Counted from the first letter of the stretch, positions 17,166-25,967 are shown. The stretch: DNA of 41,644 bases from an uncultured delta proteobacterium (GCA_963845515.1 CAWJSR010000047.1:1-41644), one strand, 5' to 3'. The notes: generated from the sequence alone by a model not told the origin. Numbers and translations are program-made.

Positions 17166-17513
17166 TGGAGGCGCCGGGAATCGAACCCGGGTCCAGAAGA
17201 CTTCCGTCATCAGGTACTACGTGCGTATCCCGGAGTGCGTACGTGGGCGGCAACCTCCGGGCCTGCAACCGTCCACGTTCTCGCCCTTACATCTCGACCC
17301 GGTCTAGGCGGCTCGCTTCCCGCCCGGGTCCAGCCGGAGCTGACGTCCACACCCAGTACCCGGCGCTTCTGGGGGAACGCACGGCCTATATTTAGGCCGC
17401 GAGAGCCATGGGCTCGTTCGCGTTTCTGCTTGGTCGGCTTTTTACGAGGCCAGCTGACCAACCTCGGCACGCACCTGACGCCTTCCGTCCTCCGTCGAAG
17501 CCAGTTCGCCCCC
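17166..17513 (-). ncRNA. ssrA: tmRNA; tag (A)ANEPMALAA at 17421-17392
   Basis: 5' GGGGGCG pairs with 3' CGCCTCC-A (G3:U alanine determinant). T arm CCGGG-TTCGATT-CCCGG. Internal ORF ends ALAA-TAA. Confidence 0.96.
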
Positions 17514-17572
17514 ATGACGAACTGAACGACTTGTAACACGAGGGTGAACGCGGCGCATGACCCCGGGGGCTG

Positions 17573-17588
17573 CCCCCTCACCCATCCT
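17573..17588. repeat. Left half of a REP-like palindrome split by IS110
   Basis: CCCCCTCACCCATC-CT joins to 20530 onward to rebuild CCCCCTCACCCATCCTCTCCCCCGCCGGAGCGGGGGAGAGG. Confidence 0.7.
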
Positions 17589-17763
17589 TCTATGAGGGCC
17601 TTGGGGTCAAGGCTCCCTGTCGGGTGGTTGTTGTTCATCGTTCTCTGGACGACGTCGGCTTCTCTGGCCGGTTCGTTCGTGGGGCCGGGTGTAGTGTCCC
17701 CCCGTCGTCAAGACAGTGCCGCCGGCGGAAATCGGGCGAGTTGAGCGGCACGGTCTTCGCTTC

Positions 17764-18636
17764 CTACGCAGCCTTCTCGACGACGAGCCCGAGCTTCTCG
17801 GCTCGGTACTCGGCCGGGGTCTTCCAGCCCAGCGCCTGATGCGGGCGGCTGGTGTTGTAGCGGACCTGCCAAGCGAGGAGCGCCTCGCGCAGCTCGTCAG
17901 CGGTGTCCCAGTCCCGCAGCCAGACGACCTCCTCCTTCATCGTCCGGATGACGCGCTCGGCGACGGCGTTGCCGGTCGGCCGGCCCACGGGGGCGAACGT
18001 GTGGAAGAGGCTCCACTTCTTCACGAGCGCTGCGCAGTCGGCGCCCGTGTACTGCGGACCGTGATCGCTCCGGTACTCGACAAGGAGCGGAACCCGAGTC
18101 GGGTCGCCGAACGCCTCGCGGAGGGCCTGCTCGACCGACTCGAGGATCGCCGGCCCGTGCTGGTCCTTCGTGACCGTCAGCCCGAGTACGCTCCGGCAAC
18201 CGCAGTCGATGGTCGGTGCCACCGCGACCCAGCCGTCCCGCTTCGTCCAGACGGTGGTGAAGTCGCCGCCGAAGCGGCGGTTGGGCTCGGGCACCACGAC
18301 GTGGCCACGTGCGGGCTCACCCGGCTCCGAGTCGCGCGCCAGGACGAGCCCGTTGGCCTTCATGAGCGCGTAGACGCGCCGTCGGGAGACCTTGAGCCCG
18401 TTGCGCTTCAGCGTCGCCCAGGCCTTCCGGACGCCCCAAGCCGGCTCGGCCTTGATGACCTCACGGATCGCGTCGAGCACAACCTCGTTCGGCGTGTGGG
18501 GAGGCGGTCGCCGGATCGCGACCACCTTCGCCGCCGGCCGGGGCTTCTTCGCGGCGTAGTACGCGGCGCGGGAGATCCCGAACGCCTCGCAGAGCTGGGT
18601 CACCGTTGCTACGCCCGCCGAGGTCTCCCTGCTCAT
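17764..18636 (-). CDS. DDE transposase (OrfB), copy 2
   Basis: Near-identical to 12492-13364, with the DDE motifs intact. Confidence 0.92.
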   Translation of the reverse strand: MSRETSAGVATVTQLCEAFGISRAAYYAAKKPRPAAKVVAIRRPPPHTPNEVVLDAIREVIKAEPAWGVRKAWATLKRNGLKVSRRRVYALMKANGLVLARDSEPGEPARGHVVVPEPNRRFGGDFTTVWTKRDGWVAVAPTIDCGCRSVLGLTVTKDQHGPAILESVEQALREAFGDPTRVPLLVEYRSDHGPQYTGADCAALVKKWSLFHTFAPVGRPTGNAVAERVIRTMKEEVVWLRDWDTADELREALLAWQVRYNTSRPHQALGWKTPAEYRAEKLGLVVEKAA

Positions 18637-19028
18637 CTCCGCGACCTCGCGGGCCGAGAAGGGCGGGGTTTGATCCCCATCGCCTTCTGCAGCAGCGTCA
18701 CCTGCATCGTCGCGTTGAGCGCCGTCTCGCGGAGGATCTCGACCTCTGCCTCCAGCTCGGCTTCTCGCGCGGACTTCCCGGTGCCCTGCTTCAGCGCGGC
18801 ATCGATCCCGGCAAGCGCGTCGTCGCGCCAGCCCTCGACCGTCTGTGGCAGGACCCCGAACCGCGCCGCGATCTGGTCCACCGTCGCCTTGCCGCCGAGG
18901 AGCTCCAGGACGGCACGACGGCGATCCTCTGCGCTCCGACGACCCGGGCGACCGCGCACGTTCTCTGGCGGCGGTTCCGCAGGCGGAGCGACCTTCAGCT
19001 CAACCTTCTCGTTCTTCCTCACGAGCAA
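18633..19028 (-). CDS. IS HTH protein (OrfA), copy 2
   Basis: Near-identical to 13361-13756. Confidence 0.88.
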   Translation of the reverse strand: MLVRKNEKVELKVAPPAEPPPENVRGRPGRRSAEDRRRAVLELLGGKATVDQIAARFGVLPQTVEGWRDDALAGIDAALKQGTGKSAREAELEAEVEILRETALNATMQVTLLQKAMGIKPRPSRPARSRR

Positions 19029-19120
19029 CCTTCTACCCGACCCGCTCTGGGATTTTCGACCCCAGGAGTGTCAACCTGGGCCGGGGAAACACCGTACGTT
19101 CGTGGGGCCGGGGTCCTCGT

Positions 19121-19264
19121 GACGCCGGACCACCTTCTATCCGTGCCCGGCTCTGGCCGGGTCACCCGATGCTGTATGCGCCGCTCCTGGCGCCGCGAAC
19201 CGTTTAATGACGAGCCCCCTCTCTCAATCGGTCGTCTCCGACCCGGGATGGGTGCGGGCTCGCC
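19121..19264 (-). ncRNA. Predicted IS110 bridge RNA core (target-binding loop 19264-19209, donor-binding loop 19194-19121)
   Basis: Two stem/internal-loop/hairpin modules whose loop strands match the element's own target and circle-junction sequences. Transcript ends unknown. Confidence 0.75.
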
Positions 19265-19330
19265 AGACCTGGGAAACCTTCGCGCTCCTTCATCCTCCTG
19301 TGTTCAGTGTGGCTCCAGTCGTCACGACAA

Positions 19331-20467
19331 CTACGCTCGCGTCAGTGCTCCGTCCGGAACGATCCCCTGCGTCGCGAAGCGCCAGAGCGCGACGAGTAGT
19401 TTCCGCGCGAGGGCCACAATGCCGACGCGCTTCATCCTTCCGGTGGCCGCCCCGAAGCGATCGGACCACCACCGCGAGAGCCGACTCCCTGGCTGGTACC
19501 TGAGCCAGAACCAGGCGAGCTCGACCATGACGGCTCGGACTCGCCAGTTCCCCGCTTTGCTTATGCCTTGCTCGCGGCGCACGTCTCCGCTGTCGTACGG
19601 CGTCCCCGTCATCCCGGCACAGGCGCCGACCTGCTTGCCGTTCTTGAAATCGCGCCACGCGAAGAACTCGCAAGCGAGGATCGTGGCCGCGTTGGCCCCG
19701 ACGCCCAGGAGCGACATCAGCATCGCCGCCATCTCCATCGCCTTGCTGGGCCTGGCCTTCAGCGCGGTCGCCCGCGCGCGCTCCACCTTCAGGATCTGGT
19801 CGCGGACTAGATCGAGGCGTGCGGCCTCGCGCTTCAGTTCTTCGCGTACCTTCTCTGGTAGCAGTTCACCGTCCGCGCTCCGCAGCGCGTCCACGAGCAG
19901 GTGAAAGCCCCTTACTACCCTGAGCCCCCCGAGACCGTGCAGCGTAAGCAGTCCGCGGATCCGGTTGGAGTGCGCGCCACGCTCCTGCTTCAATCGACCC
20001 AACTCCCGGACCGGCCGCCGGGCGTCCTCTTCATCTACCGATGGAATGCGCACGGCTCGCAGCCGGTCGCCCCGCTCGTCGTGCCGCACGAGTTGCTGCA
20101 CCAATTTCGTCGCGTCGAGCCGGTCCGTCTTCGCCCTCCGCGCGCGCCGGTCAACTTCGATGCTGGATGGGTCCACGACGAGATTCTCGACTCCGGCCGC
20201 CGCCAGCAGTCGATGGATCCAGAAGCCATCGCGCCCGGCCTCGTAGCAACTGAGCACGCGGGCGCCGTCGGACAGACCGAGCTTCGATTTCGCCTTTTTC
20301 ACTTCGTCGAGCACGCTCGGAACCGATCCGCCGTCCACAGCTACGGTTCGAATCTTCTTGCCGCCCGCCGAGAAACCAAGCTTCCAGGTCTTCCGGCTAA
20401 GTTCCAGCGCGAGGTAGAGCGTCCGCTTCGCAGTAGTCGTATCCTCTTCAAGGGCCGTTCGGATCAT
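19331..20467 (-). CDS. IS110-family recombinase/transposase
   Basis: DEDD-type motifs LALELS / CYEAG / KTDRLDA. C-terminal YDSGD...GISKAGN and VALARKL. AAGGAGG RBS. Confidence 0.95.
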   Translation of the reverse strand: MIRTALEEDTTTAKRTLYLALELSRKTWKLGFSAGGKKIRTVAVDGGSVPSVLDEVKKAKSKLGLSDGARVLSCYEAGRDGFWIHRLLAAAGVENLVVDPSSIEVDRRARRAKTDRLDATKLVQQLVRHDERGDRLRAVRIPSVDEEDARRPVRELGRLKQERGAHSNRIRGLLTLHGLGGLRVVRGFHLLVDALRSADGELLPEKVREELKREAARLDLVRDQILKVERARATALKARPSKAMEMAAMLMSLLGVGANAATILACEFFAWRDFKNGKQVGACAGMTGTPYDSGDVRREQGISKAGNWRVRAVMVELAWFWLRYQPGSRLSRWWSDRFGAATGRMKRVGIVALARKLLVALWRFATQGIVPDGALTRA

Positions 20468-20527
20468 CGCGAGTCCTCCTTGTGGGTCGCACCCAGGAGT
20501 CTCGCTCCGAACGGCCCTTCATAGGAT

Positions 20528-20554
20528 CTCTCCCCCGCCGGAGCGGGGGAGAGG
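20528..20554. repeat. Right half (hairpin) of the REP-like target
   Basis: CTCTCCCCCGC-CGGA-GCGGGGGAGAG palindrome. Confidence 0.75.
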
Positions 20555-20563
20555 TGTTGAACT

Positions 20564-21682
20564 TCAGGTGCGTGCATCTCCGTCCGCCTCGCCGCGCGAC
20601 ACGATCACCGCGAGCGCCAGGTCGCCGGTCACGTTCACCGTCGTCCGGCACATGTCGAGCAGCCGGTCGACGCCCGCGATCAGGCCGACGCCCTCCACCG
20701 GGATGCCGAAGACGAGGAGGAGCGTCGCGATGGCGAACGTCCCGCCGCCTGGCACGCCCGCGGAGCCGACGCCGGCCAGGACCGAGATCGCCAGGATCCC
20801 CGCCTGCTGGAGCAGCGAGAGGTCGATGCCGTACACCTGCGCGAGGAAGAGGACCGTCACCCCCTCGAAGAGCGTCGTCCCGTTCTGGTTCATCGCCGAC
20901 CCCGCCGTCAGGACCAGCCTGGCGACGCTGGGCGGCAGCCGCAGCTCCTCCTCCGCCACGCGCAGGGTCGTCGGGAGCGTCGCGGCAGAGGAGGCAGTCG
21001 AGAAGGCGGTCGCCATCGCGGCGCGAGCGCCGCGGAAGAAGCGGGCGGGGCTCATCCCGCCGAGGAAGCGGACGGCGAGCGCATAGACGACGCCACCGTG
21101 GAGCAGGAGCCCCACGACCACGACCGCTACGTAGGCGAACAGCGGCCGGATCGCAGAGCTCCCGAGCCTCATCGCCGTCGCGAAGAGGAGGGCTCCCACG
21201 CCGATCGGGGCGAGCCGCATCACCCAGCCGGCCACGCGGGTCGACAGGCGATGGAGCGCCTCGACGCGCTTGCGCAGGGCGGCGCCCCTCGGCCCCTGGG
21301 CCCTGGCGAGCGCGAGCCCCGTCGCGGCCGTGGCGAGGACGAGGCCGACGATCGGGAACGTCGCGGCGGCAGGGCGTGGGGCCGCCGCGCTCGGCACGTC
21401 GGGCGCGGGTGACCGCAGCGCCGGTGCGACGCCGCGCCCGGGCCCGACGACGGTCACGAGCAGGAGGCCGATGAGCGCGGCGATGACCGATGACCCGGAC
21501 GCGTACAGGAGGAACCTGGCGCCGAGCCTCCCGAGCGCGCGTGGGTCCAGGTCGGCGAGCGCAAGGATCAGGGAGGAGGCCGCGAGCGGGATCACCGTCG
21601 CGACGAGCAGCCAGACGAAGAGCTGGCCGACCGGCTGCGCGACCTGCTCGGCCAGCGCGGCGAGCCCCTCCGCTACCGCCAC
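20564..21682 (-). CDS. Dicarboxylate/amino acid:cation symporter (GltP/DAACS family)
   Basis: AFSTASSAATLP, AMNQNGT, GSAGVPGGG, VDRLLDMCRTTVNVTGD. Confidence 0.93.
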   Translation of the reverse strand: MAVAEGLAALAEQVAQPVGQLFVWLLVATVIPLAASSLILALADLDPRALGRLGARFLLYASGSSVIAALIGLLLVTVVGPGRGVAPALRSPAPDVPSAAAPRPAAATFPIVGLVLATAATGLALARAQGPRGAALRKRVEALHRLSTRVAGWVMRLAPIGVGALLFATAMRLGSSAIRPLFAYVAVVVVGLLLHGGVVYALAVRFLGGMSPARFFRGARAAMATAFSTASSAATLPTTLRVAEEELRLPPSVARLVLTAGSAMNQNGTTLFEGVTVLFLAQVYGIDLSLLQQAGILAISVLAGVGSAGVPGGGTFAIATLLLVFGIPVEGVGLIAGVDRLLDMCRTTVNVTGDLALAVIVSRGEADGDART

Positions 21683-23364
21683 GCGCCCGGCCGCGCGTAG
21701 ACGCTGGCGAGCGGCACCTCATCGAGCTGCGCGCCCGCCACGGGCCGGGCCGTCTCGAAGGCGGTCCAGACCTGGAACTCCAGGTCACGCCGGGCGTCGT
21801 CGTGCTCCACCACCGCGATGTCCGCGTCGGCCGGCGACGTCGCGATCCGGAGATCGGCGCGGAGCCGGCCGTCGTGCCGGAGCGCCTGGAGCGCGGCCGC
21901 CGGGAGCTGCGGCCACCAGATCCGCTGCCCCGGGGCCGCGCGCTCACGGAGCTCGTCGAGCATGGCAGCGCCGGCGCCGGCCTGGCCGCGGGGGAGCCCC
22001 CTGGACGCTGCGCCGGGCGCGCCGCCCACCCACTCGCTCCAGGCGGCGCCGCCGTGCGGGAAGGTCCGGATCGTCGCGCGGAGCGGGGGGTAGAGGGTGA
22101 AGAGGACGACCGCGACCACCAGCTTGCCGGCGGTCGATGGCCACGCAGCGCGCGCGGCCGTCGCCAGCGCTCGCGCCGCCAGGAGCGAGAGGACCGCCAG
22201 CGATGGAAGCACGGGCCCGATCCCGGCCCCTGCAGGCGTCACGCCCATGGCGGCGAGGACCAGCGGGGCGAGGGCGCCGAGCAGCAGGAGCAGCTCGTCG
22301 GAGAAGGAGGCAGCCGCCTCGCCGCGGGCGCCGAGCACCAACCGGCGCAGCGAGTGGGCGAGCCCCGAGAGGTAGAGGAAGCCCATCGCCGCCGGCGGGA
22401 GGAGCAGCGCCGCGAGGAGTGGCGCGTGCCACGGCGGCGCCGTGCCCGTGACCACGGTCCCGAGGTGGACGAAGGGGGGCGCGGCGAGCGTCGCCCACGC
22501 CGCCGGGAGCCGGCCCAGCGGGTCGAGCCAGGCCCACGGCGTGAGCGCGAAGAGGACCAGCGGCCCCAGCACCAGCATCGCCGGGAGCGAGGAGGGCAGG
22601 CCCGCCAGCAGCGAGCGCCACGCGCTCCGCCCGGCGGGGTGGCGCGGAGGCTCCTCGGAGCCGAAGGACCTGATCCCGCCGCGCGCGCGGACCGCGATGT
22701 AGTGGAACGCCAGCAGCGGCAGGAGGACCCAGGCCTCGCGCCGCGTGGCCAGCGCGGCGCCGAAGAGCAGCCCCGCGACGGCCGCGCGCCTGACCCGCTC
22801 GCGGTGGTCGCGGCTGCGCAGGCCGCGGTGGTGCGCGAGCAGGACGCCGAGCCAGAGGGCCGCCGCCGCGACGTCGACGCCGGCGGAGACGGCTGCGCCG
22901 AAGGTGGCCGGGACCAGGAAGAAGAGCGCCGGCGCCAGGATTGCGGCTGCGACCCCCGAGAGCTCGGCGGCGAAGCGCGAGAGGACGTAGGTCAGGAACG
23001 CGGCGAAGAGCACGGCCGCGAGCCGGTAGGAGTGCACCTCGCCGCCTGGGAGGCGCGCGCCGAGCAGGGCGTGGCCGACGCCCGCTGCGGAGAGCGGGAG
23101 CTGGGCCGCTCCCGCCTCGGGGCCCAAGGCGGCGCCCACCGACGAGAGCGAGTCGAGCGGCCGCACCGGCAGCCCGGTCCACCAGGAGCCGTGACGGCGG
23201 GCCGCCTCGAAGAACCGCCCCTCGGCCTCGCCGAGCCCCGAGCGCGATCCGGCGAGCACGAGCGCGATCGCGACGCCGAGCGCCCAGCCGAGCGCCACGC
23301 GCCGGGAGCGTCCCTGCGGGAGGAGCATCGTTCGGGTGCGCGCGGCAGGGCCCGTCTTCGTCAT
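21673..23364 (-). CDS. Multi-pass membrane protein, GT-C/ArnT-like glycosyltransferase
   Basis: Many TM segments with ArnT-like layout. ATGA overlap with the upstream gene. Confidence 0.6.
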   Translation of the reverse strand: MTKTGPAARTRTMLLPQGRSRRVALGWALGVAIALVLAGSRSGLGEAEGRFFEAARRHGSWWTGLPVRPLDSLSSVGAALGPEAGAAQLPLSAAGVGHALLGARLPGGEVHSYRLAAVLFAAFLTYVLSRFAAELSGVAAAILAPALFFLVPATFGAAVSAGVDVAAAALWLGVLLAHHRGLRSRDHRERVRRAAVAGLLFGAALATRREAWVLLPLLAFHYIAVRARGGIRSFGSEEPPRHPAGRSAWRSLLAGLPSSLPAMLVLGPLVLFALTPWAWLDPLGRLPAAWATLAAPPFVHLGTVVTGTAPPWHAPLLAALLLPPAAMGFLYLSGLAHSLRRLVLGARGEAAASFSDELLLLLGALAPLVLAAMGVTPAGAGIGPVLPSLAVLSLLAARALATAARAAWPSTAGKLVVAVVLFTLYPPLRATIRTFPHGGAAWSEWVGGAPGAASRGLPRGQAGAGAAMLDELRERAAPGQRIWWPQLPAAALQALRHDGRLRADLRIATSPADADIAVVEHDDARRDLEFQVWTAFETARPVAGAQLDEVPLASVYARPGAWR

Positions 23365-24461
23365 GGGAGCGTCCAGGCGTCGAAGCAGACGACGCGCCCC
23401 GCCGGCAGCGGAGATGAGAGGACGATCGTGACGGCGTGCGGCTCGGCCGCCAGCGACCCGGTCCGGACCTCGAACGGCCTTCGGACCGGCGCCCCGGCCG
23501 GCAGCTCGATCACCGCGACCTCCTCGCCATCCACCTGCACCGCGAACCTGATGGGCGCGGCATCGGGCCACGGGATGCGGCCGACGACCCCCGCGCTGCC
23601 GCGGAGCTCGAGCCCGAACGGAACCCTGGGGAAGGTGAGCGTCACGGGGCCGCTCGCGCCGGACCCGGGCGGTGCGGAGATGCATGGGCGTGGCGCGCCC
23701 GCGATCTCGCGCACCTCGCGGGCGATCCGGAGGGACGGGGCGCCCGGACAGCGGAAGGCGTTGGGGCCGTCGCGCTCGCAGGGCCGCTCGCCGACCTTCG
23801 CCTCCGCCTCGGCGAGCCAGTCCGGCAGGTAGGCGATCGGCCGCGCAGGCTGGGCGAGATCGTACCGGGTGACCGCCAGCGCGCCGATCCGCTGCGTGCC
23901 GCCGTCGGTCGAGGCCCGCGCGGCGATGTCCCGTGCGATCCGGTCTCCCGCCAGGCGGACGCCGGAGAGCGAGAGCAGCCAGACGCGCCGGACGCCGACG
24001 AGCGGCTCGTCCGCGTAGCGGGTGAGTGCGAAGACCGGTACGCGCGCAGGCAGCTCGGCGCGTGCGCGCTCCGCCCAGGGAGGCGTCACGACGACGACGT
24101 CGCCCGGTCGGAAGTCACGGTCGAGGAGCGCGCCGGCCGCGCGCCAGTCGAGCGACGAAGGGAGCCGGGCGTCGAGCCCCGTCTGGGCGAGCAGGCTGGC
24201 GGCGCCGACGAGCGCCGCCACGACCACGAAGACCCACGCGGTGAGCGCCCCGCGCGGCGGACGCCGGTTCCAGGCCGAGCGGAGCTTCCACCGGCTCGTG
24301 TCGACCAGCCGCCGGCCGGTCGACGTCAGGTCCTGCCACGCCGCGTCGGCCGCGACCTTCGCGGCGCGGCGCGGCCACGTAGGCGTGTGCTCGCTCGTGG
24401 GCTCCGGACGCGATTCGGGCGGCGGTTCGTGACCGCCGGGGATGGGGCGCTCCTCGGTCAC
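23361..24461 (-). CDS. Hypothetical membrane-anchored protein
   Basis: Single TM followed by a soluble domain. In an operon-like run with carD/carG. Confidence 0.6.
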   Translation of the reverse strand: MTEERPIPGGHEPPPESRPEPTSEHTPTWPRRAAKVAADAAWQDLTSTGRRLVDTSRWKLRSAWNRRPPRGALTAWVFVVVAALVGAASLLAQTGLDARLPSSLDWRAAGALLDRDFRPGDVVVVTPPWAERARAELPARVPVFALTRYADEPLVGVRRVWLLSLSGVRLAGDRIARDIAARASTDGGTQRIGALAVTRYDLAQPARPIAYLPDWLAEAEAKVGERPCERDGPNAFRCPGAPSLRIAREVREIAGAPRPCISAPPGSGASGPVTLTFPRVPFGLELRGSAGVVGRIPWPDAAPIRFAVQVDGEEVAVIELPAGAPVRRPFEVRTGSLAAEPHAVTIVLSSPLPAGRVVCFDAWTLP

Positions 24462-24480
24462 TGGACCTCGGACCTCTCCC

Positions 24481-25023
24481 CTACGTCTTCGCCGCGCGGA
24501 TCCGGTCCTCGCTCTTCTCGCGGCAGAAGGTGCAGAGGTCGGCGTCCGGGGTGGGTGAGAGAGACTGTGACCACGACGGGTGCATCGCGCACCGGGCGTC
24601 GCAGCAGTGGTGCAGTCCCCAGAGGTGGCCGAGGAAGTGGATCGACTCGCGCGCCAGGCGGCGGCGCCAGGTCTCGATGGAGCTCTCGGTGACGCCGCGG
24701 GCGGGGAGCCTGGCGAGCGTCACCACCGCGTTGCGCCCTCCGTACTCCGAGAAGCCGAAGGCGGGGGGCTCGCCGAGCGGTCCGGCCGGTACGGAGAGAG
24801 GCGCGTCGGTGAGGAATAGGACCTTGTCGTCGGCGAAGGCGCGCACGGGCGGCGCGGCGGCGACGAGCCCGACAGCGTCGACGCGCCCTTTCGGCCCGCT
24901 GGCGGCTGGCGGCTCCCCGTCACCGGAGTGCTCCGTGCCGACCCCGAAGGCCCGGTAGAGGGTCTTGGTGAGAGCCATGAGGTCGGCGGGATCGAGCCTG
25001 GCGAGCGTGACGACGCGGATCAC
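24481..25023 (-). CDS. carG: CarG-like zinc-binding, non-proteolytic archaemetzincin homologue
   Basis: HFLGHLWGLHHC.DARCAM...CTFC lacks the catalytic Glu of HExxH. Overlaps the carD stop. Confidence 0.82.
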   Translation of the reverse strand: MIRVVTLARLDPADLMALTKTLYRAFGVGTEHSGDGEPPAASGPKGRVDAVGLVAAAPPVRAFADDKVLFLTDAPLSVPAGPLGEPPAFGFSEYGGRNAVVTLARLPARGVTESSIETWRRRLARESIHFLGHLWGLHHCCDARCAMHPSWSQSLSPTPDADLCTFCREKSEDRIRAAKT

Positions 25024-25967
25024 TTCTTCTTCCCTCCGCGCGCCGGCTTCGCGTGCTTCTTCGGGGCAGCCTTCTTCGCCGGGGCCTTCGCCGGCGCGTG
25101 CTTCTTCGAAGCGGCCTTCTTCGGCGCCGCCTTGGCCGGGGCGCGTGCGCGGCCGCCCGGCTTGTGTGCCGGCGCCGGCGCCGCACGCGCGGCCTTGACC
25201 GGCGCATGCTTCGGCAGCTCGGGCACCACCTCCTCGGCCTCGCCTTCGCCTTCCTCGCGCGGCTCGGCTTCGACCTCGACCTCCTCGACCTCCTCGAGGT
25301 CGAGGTCGGGGAGCCCGAGGTCGGCGAGGTCGTCGGCGAGCACGGCCCGCTTGGGCTTCGGCTTCGCCGGAGGGAGGATCGGTGGTGGCGGGGGCCTGAG
25401 GACGAACTTCACGCCGGCTGGCGGCATGAGCGCGTAGTCGACGTAGTCCTCGGCGATCCCGGCTGGCACGTCGAGCGCGGAGGAGATCTCGGCGACCAGC
25501 AGGTGGCGCGCGTGATCGTAGAGCTCGCGCTCCTTGGTCGGCAGTGGGCGGAGCTGCGAGAGGCCGTTGAGCCCCTTCACCACCTCCGCGACGCCCAGGA
25601 GCCCGCCCAGGAGCAGCCGGTCGGTGTTGTCGCGGTGGCGGGTCTTCCAGTCGAGCTCCGGCGCGTCGTAGGAGGCGCCGAGGTAGTGGAAGACCCCCTC
25701 CACCTGGTCCGCGGACGGGAGCTTGCGCAGCCCGATGGACGCGACCTTTCCCCGGGGGACGAGCACGGCGGCGCCGTCCTCGATCCGGCGCATCCGGACC
25801 ATCTCGAGCTGCTGGCCGGCGATCTCCTTCACCTCCATGCCGGTGATCTCGCAGACCCCCTGGCCAGGGTAGATGACGCGCTGGCCGGGAACGAGCGAAG
25901 AGGCGTCGGTGACGGTCCCCTCGGCGGCCGGGAGGTCGTCGCGGGGTGCATCGGGGCGGTGCATCAT
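25020..25967 (-). CDS. carD: CarD transcriptional regulator with acidic region and histone H1-like K/A/P-rich tail
   Basis: GQRVIYPGQGVCEI CarD/TRCF domain, EEVEEVEVEAE acidic tract, KAAPKK repeats. Confidence 0.87.
   Translation of the reverse strand: MMHRPDAPRDDLPAAEGTVTDASSLVPGQRVIYPGQGVCEITGMEVKEIAGQQLEMVRMRRIEDGAAVLVPRGKVASIGLRKLPSADQVEGVFHYLGASYDAPELDWKTRHRDNTDRLLLGGLLGVAEVVKGLNGLSQLRPLPTKERELYDHARHLLVAEISSALDVPAGIAEDYVDYALMPPAGVKFVLRPPPPPILPPAKPKPKRAVLADDLADLGLPDLDLEEVEEVEVEAEPREEGEGEAEEVVPELPKHAPVKAARAAPAPAHKPGGRARAPAKAAPKKAASKKHAPAKAPAKKAAPKKHAKPARGGKKK

Larger units (their letters stand above)
9668..17186. mobile_element. Genomic island integrated in the tmRNA 3' end, no integrase gene visible
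   Basis: Bounded by 53-bp direct repeats starting in the tmRNA T-loop. Cargo is accessory and visibly lower in GC. Confidence 0.85.
17690..19096 (-). mobile_element. 1407-bp two-ORF DDE IS, copy 2, 16-bp TSD
   Basis: Same ends and length as copy 1, with scattered substitutions. TSD CGTTCGTGGGGCCGGG at 17674-17689 and 19097-19112. Confidence 0.92.
17587..20529 (-). mobile_element. IS110-family element (IS1111-like layout, 3' non-coding region), with a nested IS
   Basis: CT core at 17587-88 and 20528-29. Sub-terminal IRs CTATGAGGGCC and GGCCCTTCATAG. Outward TTGACC at the downstream end. About 1.52 kb without the nested IS. Confidence 0.82.

Noticed and set aside
24481..25023. Active zinc metalloprotease
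   Set aside because: The HExxH Glu is replaced by Phe, and the context indicates CarG.
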